This document shows, in pieces, positions 14,792 to 25,572 of a stretch of DNA of 64,000 bases (position 1 is its first letter; each line of letters begins with the position of its first letter). A program made the translations under genes and the position numbers. Location of the stretch: positions 8,184,001-8,248,000 of the forward strand of contig CM120649.1 of assembly GCA_051362555.1 (NCBI GenBank), written 5' to 3'. The notes beneath the pieces were generated by a model that saw nothing but the letters and a program-made list of their open reading frames with translations, was not told the DNA's origin and ran no database searches. Origin of the DNA: Lingula anatina (lineage: Eukaryota > Animalia > Brachiopoda).

Positions 14792-15007
14792 GAAAAAGAT
14801 CGGAAAAGAAGAGTACAGCAAATAAATAAATTAATTAATTAAGTAATTAAAATACAAAGAAAACAGTAACAGCTGTTAAACGTCATATACTCACGATGAT
14901 CTAACTATCAGACGGGACGATGAAATTGGACGTACTACACTTTTCTAAACAGAATATAGGCCTACTATATTATTTCTGTCTCTCTCTCACACACACACGC
15001 GCGCGCG

Positions 15008-15050
<43 letters not shown>

Positions 15051-15412
15051 ACACACATGCGTGCCCGAACACACGTACACGGGATGAATACACTTGTTTG
15101 TTGTGAGGGTTGAGTAATTTTATTAACTCAATTCTTTTGTAAACCATCAGGACTTTGCTAACCGCAGTTCAACTAATAGTCTCGAGATTTATCATTTTTG
15201 CCAACTATTGCTTTAATCCGACTGGAACGCACCTGTCACTTTCATAAAAATAGTGACGCAGGAAGCGCGACCTAACAAATAACGCCAGATAAGATCAGAC
15301 TAAGCACCTTATATTTCATTCTGGCTTACTAATCGGCCATCGTGTTTCGCAGTTTAAGAGCGAAAAGTGTGCTTAAAATGAAATTGAATCTGCTGCGGTG
15401 TGTTTCACTGGG

Positions 15413-15452
<40 letters not shown>
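14754..15452. repeat. Microsatellites: (GA)n 14754-14789, (CA)(CG)(CA)n 14987-15060, (GA)n 15416-15452
   Basis: Directly visible. Confidence 0.95.
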
Positions 15453-15454
<2 letters not shown>

Positions 15455-16152
15455 GGCTTTGAAGTGAAAGGATAAAGAGTAAAGCAGATGTACTTTCCCC
15501 GCTCCTGACTCGCACTAAATTCGTACTTGGCTGAACTGTCAGCTGCCCTATGCCAGGTGCCAGGTGCCAGTCCTGCATATTCCAGGTTGTCACGAGAGCA
15601 ATAAACACACTGTCAATTGTCAAACTGTCCCCCCTAACTTGTCAAAATGACACCAGGTCAACAAGGCCGCATATCAAAACATCTACACTACGTAAAATAC
15701 GCATGTTATATGTATAAGGTACTTGCTCCGCTGCGTCAACAACCAACATAAAAGAGGCTGTTATCCATAATGTACATTTTCAAATCTAATCCATTCTGAT
15801 TCTGAGATGCAGCAGGATCGGATACAGATAACACCATTTTACACTTATTCTAAGTCTACTGTACTTAAAGAATACGCACGTGCACGCATGCACACACACA
15901 CACAAACACACACACGTAAGTTTTATTTACATTCCCATTCCCTTATTCAGCGATATTCCCTCCAGACTGAACAACCCAACATCAAATCGATGTGATTCCC
16001 ATGAAGTTTGCATTATTGATAACAAAAACAATTACAGCAGCGGCACAGTAAGTTGACAAAGAGCAAATGAACTGCGCCCCCCGCGACCTAACACTTAGCT
16101 TGGCACTTGACACTAAACAGCTTGAACCGAACACACGGCAACTGATACCCAC

Positions 16153-16296
16153 CTCCTCTTGTTTGACACGGGCGACGCTAGGTCGATCCTCTGGGTCGCC
16201 GTCTCTTTGACTTTCGTGCGACACTGGCGTGCCGTTTCCATTCAAGGAATCTGTGCCGCTGTAAGTGGTTGACGCCTTGGCGGTCGTCCCAGTCAT
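16153..16296 (-). CDS. Probable first coding exon of an unidentified minus-strand gene extending leftward (MTGTTAKASTTYSGTDSLNGNGTPVSHESQRDGDPEDRPSVARVKQEE)
   Basis: ATG in good context (ttcATGa) within a CpG-rich island, a protein-like disordered N-terminus with a VKQE SUMO consensus, and a phase-0 donor GAG|gtgggt. No family recognised. Confidence 0.45.
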
Positions 16297-19200
16297 GAAG
16301 CGATACCTAGCGTGCGATAGAAGCCCTTCGAATGCGGAAAGACGCCGGGTTCAGTGCGCGTCGCACACCGGGGACTCGACGCGCTTGCTCCGCAAGACGT
16401 TGTCAAATCAGAGACAAACGCACCGAGGACTAGTCAATCGACCGAGCACAAGGCTTACGAGGCCTGGTCTGTTAGTTTGACGTGTGTGAAACATGCATCT
16501 TTTTCTCAGTGCCACGGTCGTAACGTAGAGTCAGGCAACGGCGCTGGAGTAGTGTGGCAAGACTATAGAAGATCTCGCTGAAATGGGAAATTACTATGCA
16601 ATATTAATGTCGACGATAAAAGAGTCTCTGAATTCCAACCCATTTATCATGCTTATTTTTGTGTGTGTTGATATATGCCTTTGTAGCCGCGAACAATGGG
16701 CACAATGCAAGTTGCAGGATGCGCCGCTTTCTCCATTCTTTGCAGTGCAATTCGAACTGAATGGCGGTAGAGAATTACCACTCAACCAACCCTTTCATTT
16801 TTCCTTTCAATGCTGTTAAAAGCCCCACCGCAAATAATCAATTCACATTGAAAACGCAAGGAAATTTAAACTCGCCCTCAGCTTTGACGAACTTGTTTAG
16901 TTGAGAAGGAAAGTGAAGCTTTTTGTCAAGAATCACTGTGTCGAATCGACAGAACTCTCGGTTTAGAAAAAAAGATAGACGCTTGGGTGTATTCTGTTTG
17001 TGATATGAACTATGGCTCAGGTCTTTTAGAAGAACGCGCTCATCCGCGTTGTATAAGGCTTTACAAATGAAAGGACATTTTATTACCGCGCTTATCTTTT
17101 GTTATGTAGAATTAAGGGAATTAAAAAGCTCTCGAAGAATGACTGTGTGACATGAAATGCATCACAAAGGGCTTGTCGTGCGCTGGGGAAATTAGAGAGA
17201 AATTAGAAAAAAGAAGCACTGGGAATGCATCGCGGAGCTGATAAACCGTTGAGTTTTTCTTTTCATTCACAGTTATAAATAGTTGATGGACGACAGATAT
17301 CAGGGATACGTTATTTATGGACATTGGCTTCGGAAAAGCATAATAAAAATATGAAAATAAAGACAAATAAATCAACAATTTAACATACAAACAAACACGG
17401 TTTTGGATAAGAAACCGATCAAACAAACAAACAAAAAGACGAAAGAAAGAATAAATAAGTAAATATATGATTAAACATATAAAGATACAAATACCTGAAT
17501 GTTTTCGGGGTTTTTTTCAATGTGCTTTTTCATGTCGTATATTTTTCTTTCAAGTAAGATGTCTTTTTTATTTCTTTAATTGGTCTCTCTTTCTCTCTCT
17601 CTCACACACATACACACATGCGTGCGCAGGCGTTCGCGCACCCACATTTGGGCGTGCTATATGGAGCCAGTATTGGTGAATCTGAAGAGCAGTAGGCTTA
17701 CTATGAGATAAAGAAAATGGTGTTTATGATGACGAATGTAAAACTGATTTTTTCTATGAATATCAACACTTTTTCTTTCGTCTCCAAGATCGACCACATG
17801 CAAAACCGTTGACAGTGTGCGATCTGTCTACCTTATTTTAAATCCAACTGAGCAAACCTCGAATAATATTTCAGACCGAGACAGGTGAATCATGTCACAT
17901 TTTAGGGCTCTATAAGGCGTAAAGGATGCATAAGACCAGTAAAACAAGCCAAAGTGCTAACGTTTTAGCTTGAATATTGAACTCACATTGATTATAGATA
18001 CAGACAGAAATGTCTCGGCACACCGCCTTACCGTACCCCAGGTTCTAGATTCCGGTATTGCCAGCTCGATCTTGATTTCATATATAACCTATAGTCGCAA
18101 AAGCGACTCCACCACAAGGTATATTTAGCAAGCTAGCTTTTACGTTGCTCTGACGCTCAGGGTACCTTACCGTCATCTACAAAAAAAAATGAAGCAGATG
18201 AAATCATTTGACTTTTTCCACAGTAGTAGTCGATATATTGTCGTGAGGAACAAAGTGAGGCAATGACAAAAGGCTGTTAATATTTTGGTAAATTTCAGAA
18301 TTTGTTTTTCCATCAAAATTATCCCTTCTTCATGACTATCACCGCGGTTTTTCTTCTTCCCGGTGATATGGTTTGTCAAATGAATAACGCAAGGTCCAAT
18401 CTTTTTTTTTTTTTTTCTAACTATGAAATTATTTTATTCTAGCGATGACTTTCTCTTCAGTATACACCAATGATAGTAACGGCTGCTGGAAGGTCAGTGA
18501 TACGTGTTGTAACCTCTTATGCTCAGAAACGTATGTAACCTATGCTGCGGTATCAGCCCGCTCCCTTTTTATTATTTTTTATTTTTTATTATTATTACTA
18601 CCAGATGGTACCCCCAAAATATTTCAAATATCCTCCAGTTTTACATCCCCAGAAATGTACTGCATAACGTCACGCCAAGCCCACTACGCATGCGTGCATT
18701 TTTAATGAGTTGCTAGATTGCCATAGGAAAATGAATGGGTTCGCGCGTGAGAATTGACAAACTAACGGCCTGATGCCGATAGACAGCAACGCTGTGCTAT
18801 GCTTCAAGCAACTCCTGACCAAATATCGCTAGGGTTTTTAAAAAAATTCTGTTGTACACACGTACTAAGAAGTTTGCCGTATTTTGCCTAGACTACCCTC
18901 AGCAAAACGCAAATATTTTCAGTAATAGTGATTTTAGACGGTAGATTCACTCAGAAACAAAGGGAAATTAATTCGTTGCCGATAGCACCAGCTGATAGCA
19001 GTAACATACGGAGTCTGATTAAAAAATTTCATGGCAATTGAAGATTTTTTACCACTGTACAATGGAGTCCAAAAAGAGCACTTGGCACAAACGTAAAACT
19101 GCCCAGTGCAAGGTCAAGAATTCAATCAGTATTTTATCAGATTATCAGATTCTACATAAATTGACTGACCATATCACTACTCAGTATTTAACTAATCTCT

Positions 19201-20062
19201 TAATCCAAAATTCCTATCATCATTTAATAATTATGCAAAATTCTTCTTTCAGATTGCTATTTATTTAAATTGTTAATGCTGCAACTGTTCCAAAATAATC
19301 TTGTAGTAAAGGAAAAATGCAAATAAGAAGTGGAAGACCAATTTTACCCACAGTATTTAATTATTTGAATATAAAAACAATAAGATCACGATTTAACAAA
19401 TTAAAATAATCTTTCATGAACTCTTTCATGAATAACATATTTAAAAAAAAAATGAAAGTTATAAATCAGTGGTAATGGCTTATTCTGGAATATATGACCT
19501 CTGTACATCATCAGTACCTGACTTGGTACATTATAGTTACTACTTGGATACAGAGTTAGATTTAATAATGTAACAATAAGAGCAATATAGGGGGGCCTAT
19601 ATTATAATAATAAACTTCTCTGCACATATCAGACGCTTGTTACCATGAACCTAAGATCTAATCTTAGCATGAACTAACACTACTTGACAATGGGCTGAGC
19701 ACTTATCACAGAGTCTGTGTGCGATGCCATTCTTGTGCTGTGATTGGTTAGTTGAGTCACGTGAAGCCCTACTGTTGCGCCCTCGCGTATCGCGTGAATG
19801 CTGCACATTTCTGGCCATGATTTCCCCAATCAAGTATGAGATAAAAATAAACATGAAACGCTCTTCCCCCATCTTCTAAGCCTCGATCCTTTAGATATTA
19901 AGTTGATAAAAAAACATACACTCTTGTTTGTTGTCTGTTGCCGATGTAAACCGACCCCTCAACTTAATCTAACGCATGTATAATTAAAATCACTATGATA
20001 GGACTACATTTTGTGGGAATTGTCATGTAGTGCGCAGGAAGATAATCCGTCTTTGCATTTTA

Positions 20063-20341
20063 GGGGCCATTCAGAATAGATAATTCGAGTAGCCTACTAA
20101 CTGATCCGCCGACCAAATATGGCCGACCTCACTTCAAAAGCGATGCCGCTGATTCCCGATGGTCTCCCCGCCTCCACACGCGCCATTAAACGGATTAAAT
20201 CTCGGCTCCGAGGTTTGACTGCTAGGCACCTGGGGCGACGGCGCGTGTGGAGGCGGGGAGACCATCATGGAATTAGCGGTATCACTTTTGAACTGGGGTC
20301 CGCCATATTTAGTCGGCGGATCATCTATTCGGAATGGCCCT
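20063..20341. mobile_element. GC-rich foldback MITE (Harbinger-like, TTA TSD) downstream of the TLR stop
   Basis: TIR GGGCCATTC.GAATAGAT; near-continuous inverted arms including the perfect GATGGTCTCCCCGCCTCCACACGCGCC and its reverse complement; TTA flanks. Confidence 0.8.
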
Positions 20342-20751
20342 TTATACACCGTGCTTCCAAACCCACGCAAGTCAGCCAAAATTATAAGATTGATGTTTGC
20401 ATAGCACAAATAACAAGACTTGTCACTCAGTTTTTACACTGATAGTTATTTTATAGTTTATATGCAAACATTTAATCGCTATTCTCTTGTTTTAGAAATA
20501 TTTACGAAAGAAGTCAAATACATACAGTGTTTTGTCGAGTTTAGTATTTCATTCATCATTAGTACGGAAATAAATAAACTGTTTGAAATAAATAAAGAAA
20601 TGTATTTCTATTAATATCCAAGAAACATACCTTTTTTGTAAGTGATATTCAATACAGAAAAAAAAAGTTAGACGGTGTTATGATCCAAGGAAGAGATCAA
20701 GGAAGAGATTTATAAAACTAAACAAAATGTGATTTATATCTAGAAAAAATA

Positions 20752-23274
20752 TCACACTTGCTCTTCCTCTATATTTAAAGCTTCATCAATTTGCCGAGTT
20801 TTCTTTAACAGAGCAAGTTTCAACTTTTTCCAGAATTCTTCCTTTTTTCCGTCATTCTCCTCCTCCGGCCACTCCAGGTAGGTCACGTGACGTTTCATGA
20901 GCCGCAGCGTCTTGGGGAGTTGATCGGGTGGGATCTTCTCTAGAAACACCACAATGAGCGATTTACGCCTCTCGCGCAGTACCTTGGCCTGAGCAATGTC
21001 GACCTCGTAACGACACCAATCACTCTCAAGGAAATGCTGCGAGATGATCAATATCCCCACCTTGCTCGCCTCCATTTTCTCCACTATACTATCTATGATG
21101 TAATCGCCCGGTAGGAAGTTCCTTGAATGGATACATACGTTAAAGACGATGTCCTGACCTTGGTCATTACCTTGTCCCTGATAATGACCTTGGGCAATGC
21201 GTCGTCCTTGACCTTGACCCTCCACGTGCGGGAGAAACTGCCGCACGACCCACTCCTCATCCCTGCTGCTGTGAGCGACAAATGCGTCATATTCGTACTG
21301 TACTTGCCCATCGCCGCAGCGGATATATCCGTGCCGCCGTCGGTTAAGTCTTTTTAGATGACACCAATATACAATGTCAAGTCGAAAGTAGGCCACAAGA
21401 CCTGCCACTGCTCCAATCACCACAACACCGGCCCCGATACAACAGAAGACTACAGTGATCAGGTGGTTTCCGCATGTAATCCAAGGCGGGTTAAAGTCCT
21501 CCAGGGCGGTGTTTTGGTACTCGGCCGGCTCGCTACATTTCTGTCTTGCTCCATATACGTATGTGGTTGTATGACGAAGCCACTTAGAAAACGAACTGGA
21601 ATCGCAGCTACATACAAATCGATTGAGCTCAATATGGATGTGGTGAAGTTGATTCATTCGTAATACAGCAGTTATATCGAAATTCACCAGTTTGTTTTTT
21701 CTAAGATTCAAAGAAACGAGCGAAGTCAGAGAATCAAACACGGCGCCGACGTTTTCCATGTTATTGTCCGACAAGTCCAAGTGTTGCAAGTGAGGCAAAT
21801 TGGAGAACACGTTTTTTGGGAGTTTGGAGATACTATTCGAAGCTAAGATTAGTTTCCGTACTGGACACTGTGATTTAAAAATGTGAGGAAATATCTCATT
21901 TTTCATCATACAGAACAGAAAATTACCTGTAAGATCTATTTCACGAATAGTCGATAATCCTTCGAATACAGATGTATTCATGTGGTGTCTCAGTACACAA
22001 GCCTTGTTGTGCGTGTACTGCAATTTTACTAGTGACGTCATGTTTTGGACTATTAATAGATGAAGGCCCGGATGTGTGTAAGGAGAAGGTAAACTTCCAA
22101 ATAGCCCATTTAAATACAACTCACGTAAGTTGGTCAGGAGCGTGAAGTTGAGATATCCATATAAGCGATTATACGACAGATCCAATACTTTTAGATGCTG
22201 GTGAGGTGGAAAAATCACTGTGTTTACAGTTACGAACTCGTTGTGCCGGGCAACTAATTTTTGGAGTTTCGGGAAGCTGAGAGTCACTGCTTTAAAAAGT
22301 TCTAAATCTGAGAAAAGGTTGATACTCATATCCAATTCCCTCAGCGTCGACGACATTGTCTTGAAGCTTGTATGCATGGTGGCAATTTTACTCGAAGTTA
22401 GATCCAATTTTTCAATAACCGGCAAAGATTGAAATACGTCTGTAGCAATTGCCGATATCTTGTTACCCGTGAGGCAAAGTTCGCGTACATTTGAATTAGA
22501 GAGGGGTCTCAAAACTGATGAGTTTAGCTCGGAGATGTTTATTTGACAATAAGACAAGTCGAGCGTTTCAATCAGCGTGTGCCTTAACCTCGTAATTATC
22601 ACATCCGTGATGTTGTTCTTCCCTATGCCGAATGAAACAAAGCGTTTGATTGGTCGGAAGGCTTCTGGAGCTATTTTTGAAATCTGATTCTCGCCGAGAT
22701 CCACGGCAAGATTTTCCACTGATTCGAAGGGAAGAAAATCCGAGTTTGTTACTTCGGTGACGTGATTTTCCCTCAGGTTTAAATTGAAATAGGTATTTGT
22801 CATGGTGGCATTGCTGACATCTTGGATCTGGAGTGAGTTTATCCTGTTAGATTGGAAGTTCGCCTCCTCCAGGTTTGGAAGTAACACAATGAATGACGGC
22901 AGAGTTTGGAGTAGATTATCTTTTAAAGATGTACGTTTCAGTTTATGAAGACCAAAAAGAGCGCCATGTTCAACAGTTTTTATCAAACATCGATTCATTA
23001 CCAGTTCCTTAAGGTGTGGAAGTCCAAGAAAAGTTCCATTTTTAAGTGTTCTAAATGTGCTGTCAGAAATCTCGAGGGTTGAAGTGTGTGGCGGTATCCC
23101 TGAGATAGCAACTGGCCGTATGTTGGTACACCTGACGGCAAGTCTGCCGTTGACGTCACTAGAACAACTGCATTGCCTTGGACACGAACTACCAGTGGAT
23201 AAAGTTTGCACGTTTGCAATAAATAAAGCTGCCAAAGGCAGAACTGTTTTTACAATTGCCATATTTCTAATCAT
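20752..23274 (-). CDS. Toll-like receptor, single-cysteine-cluster type; intronless CDS, ~840 aa
   Basis: Signal peptide (MIRNMAIVKTVLPLAALFIA), LRRNT CPRQCSC..VRC, many LxxLxLxxN repeats, LRRCT NRFVCSC..KCSEP..C and a TM segment. The TIR domain has box1 YEYDAFVAHS, BB-loop RNFLPG, FLESDWCRYE and box3 FWKKL. The track start at 23331 is non-ATG; the first ATG is at 23274 (alternative 23262). Probable 5'UTR intron ~23311-23442. Confidence 0.96.
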   Translation of the reverse strand: MIRNMAIVKTVLPLAALFIANVQTLSTGSSCPRQCSCSSDVNGRLAVRCTNIRPVAISGIPPHTSTLEISDSTFRTLKNGTFLGLPHLKELVMNRCLIKTVEHGALFGLHKLKRTSLKDNLLQTLPSFIVLLPNLEEANFQSNRINSLQIQDVSNATMTNTYFNLNLRENHVTEVTNSDFLPFESVENLAVDLGENQISKIAPEAFRPIKRFVSFGIGKNNITDVIITRLRHTLIETLDLSYCQINISELNSSVLRPLSNSNVRELCLTGNKISAIATDVFQSLPVIEKLDLTSSKIATMHTSFKTMSSTLRELDMSINLFSDLELFKAVTLSFPKLQKLVARHNEFVTVNTVIFPPHQHLKVLDLSYNRLYGYLNFTLLTNLRELYLNGLFGSLPSPYTHPGLHLLIVQNMTSLVKLQYTHNKACVLRHHMNTSVFEGLSTIREIDLTGNFLFCMMKNEIFPHIFKSQCPVRKLILASNSISKLPKNVFSNLPHLQHLDLSDNNMENVGAVFDSLTSLVSLNLRKNKLVNFDITAVLRMNQLHHIHIELNRFVCSCDSSSFSKWLRHTTTYVYGARQKCSEPAEYQNTALEDFNPPWITCGNHLITVVFCCIGAGVVVIGAVAGLVAYFRLDIVYWCHLKRLNRRRHGYIRCGDGQVQYEYDAFVAHSSRDEEWVVRQFLPHVEGQGQGRRIAQGHYQGQGNDQGQDIVFNVCIHSRNFLPGDYIIDSIVEKMEASKVGILIISQHFLESDWCRYEVDIAQAKVLRERRKSLIVVFLEKIPPDQLPKTLRLMKRHVTYLEWPEEENDGKKEEFWKKLKLALLKKTRQIDEALNIEEEQV

Positions 23275-23519
23275 GTAACGTCCGTGTTTCACTACTACTC
23301 GATCTACGGTCTTGAAGAAAAAAATCAACAAAACCTTACAGCGTACTCATATAAGGAAAAACTAAGTGTCGTTTACACAAAATATCTCCACTAGATTTAA
23401 TCTTTTTATGGAAAGAAGGAATCAGAAACAACGCACCCTTACTTCGTCCACTGACCTGTGTGGAGATAGCACTCGCCACTAACTGTTTCTATCCGCGACC
23501 TGGAATTGTATTTACTTAA

Positions 23520-23620
23520 GTTGTATCTCACGGAAGTGTGGAAAGTGATAGCGAAACAACATAGGGTCATGAATCAGTGGAAATTCATGTAATTTTACAT
23601 CCCTGGTTTCGATTCATCAC
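23520..23620 (-). promoter_or_regulatory. Putative TLR proximal promoter with immune-type motifs
   Basis: CGGAAGTG (ETS), GAAAGTGA and GCGAAAC (IRF-like), TGAATCA (AP-1-like), GGAAATTCA (kB-like) and GGTTTCGATTC (ISRE-like) lie within ~90 bp upstream of the inferred 5'UTR exon. Confidence 0.45.
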
Positions 23621-23798
23621 CCACTAGTCTATCCACGGCACTCATCAGCAGTCAGAAGGAAGTACCGCAAATAAACAATACGTCAAACAATTGTATCATG
23701 TATACGACAGGAAACAAGGGATGGCCAAAAAAAAAAGATACCAACAAAAAGGATTCCAGAAAAAAAAAATGAATAGATAATAAATAAACAACAACAAC

Positions 23799-23846
<48 letters not shown>

Positions 23847-24253
23847 GAAAAAACCTAATGCCATGTTTTCATCTAATATAAGGGTTACATTGGCCTTGTA
23901 TACTGGGTCATTTTTACCGAGAGTAATAAAGCAATAAATAAATAAATAATTAAACAAATAAATAAATAAAATCCATGATAAATTAATAAAAAAAAAGTAT
24001 TGACGAACACGACTTCGCCTCTTATGTTCAGCTACGAAATGGGCTGGCATGACCATACTTAATAGGACTATTGGGGTTAGTATGGGGACGAATGTCACAT
24101 GTACAAATTAATGGGGAACAGACTACGGTTCCTAGCGGACTACTATTCCTGTCACACCGGGAAGTGAGTTGTACTGAGTCAGCGTTTTATCAGTTATATC
24201 ACTGATAAGTGAAGTACGCCCACTTCACAAATTTGATAACAATTATAAGTTAA

Positions 24254-24642
24254 GGGATAACAACTGTTCATTTTGTCCAAAAAATGAAATTTTCTGGGTT
24301 AGACAACAATTTTCCCATACTAACCAATGGTTAATGAATCCATTTCTACATTCAAAATAAGTCCGTTTTTTTTTTTTTTTTTTCTTAAAGCTTTTTTTTT
24401 GTAATTACCTCTTAAGAGATTATTACAAAGTATATCCATATGGAGGTCATATGGTTCGATAGCAAGTACAGATTTCAGAATAATTGCTTTAACTGCCGTT
24501 TTTGTGCTAAAATAGAATATATTATATTTCTATGAGTTGTTTTTAAACACAACTCTTCATATGAGACCTATATTTCACAATAAAAACATTTTAAAAAATA
24601 TTTTTATTGTGAAATATAGGTCTCATATGAAGAGTTATCCCT
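24254..24642. mobile_element. Non-autonomous TTAA-flanked (Kolobok-like) element with an internal 36-bp inverted repeat
   Basis: ttaaGGGATAAC...GTTATCCCTttaa termini; perfect arms at 24551-24586 and 24601-24636. Confidence 0.6.
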
Positions 24643-25572
24643 TTAAAGCTAGTTTAAACACTATGTATCATTAGGTGACTGTGTATCACAAGCCGTATGC
24701 GACTTCTGGATTTTGCTCGAATGGTGGGGGGGGGGGGGAGGTCTTGAGCGGTACAAGGAAAATGTAAAACATTATAGACGAGGACAGTTTTACTATCATA
24801 AGTAATGTAGGGCGCTGGGATGGAAAGATCCGTTAGCTCGTTACACTGTTTTGGTAGGGAAAAGGCGGAGAATTAAAAGTCAAGGAAGGGGCTATACCCG
24901 CTGCAAACCTCCTCCTCTTCCGATCAGCGTTTGTGGGTTTAAATGTATTAGCATTTTTTCTTTTCTTCTTTTTTTCTTCTTGCAGATACGGTACACAGAA
25001 AAGATGCCAAGAACGCGCTCAAACCCCGTTTCAAAGGACCATTTGGCGCCGATATTTGGTATATGCTTTTGTAAGTCTTTGTTTGAGGGATGTTACCCTT
25101 TTACTTGAATTATCTTCCCTTCCATATCAGTAGTATGGATTTTTAAGTTTAAAAAAATATACAGGAAACAATGACATTTCTAAATATCACAATAAATGTG
25201 TTTAATCCGTCATAAAGCAATAGCACCATCTGAGAATGCACCGAGAAGAGACATTTAAAACTGTTAAGAACAAAAGAAAAATAGTTCATATTCAAAACAG
25301 GTTATGGAATTGCAATCTATAAATTCACTTTCCAGTTGTTAATTCTTGAGTCTCTCCAGTCTGGAGATACAGTAGAGCCTAGTAAATAGCACTCGTGATT
25401 ATAAAACTTAAAATTTGATACTCAAAGATAGGTTTTAAATTGCAATTTACCAATGCTTTTGGATAAGGGAAATGCATACCATGATGATAAAAAGAGAATT
25501 GTTATAATGTCCAGAATTTTTTTTGTCATTTTTAAATATTTAACATGCATTATATGCCTTTAAAATCAAGAT

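Noticed and set aside
18030-18175. B-box-like GGTTCTAGATTCC and hairpin AGTCGCAAAAGCGACT (tRNA or SINE?)
   Set aside because: No cloverleaf or A-box, and no second copy in the window.
18523-19018. Degenerate inverted ends (CGTATGT..TATCAGC / GCTGATAG..ACATACG), suggesting an old MITE
   Set aside because: Too diverged to define boundaries or a TSD.
21093-23278. Alternative-frame and antisense ORFs overlapping the TLR (likewise 26520-26980 in the LRR gene)
   Set aside because: Short shadow ORFs of real coding sequence with no independent features.
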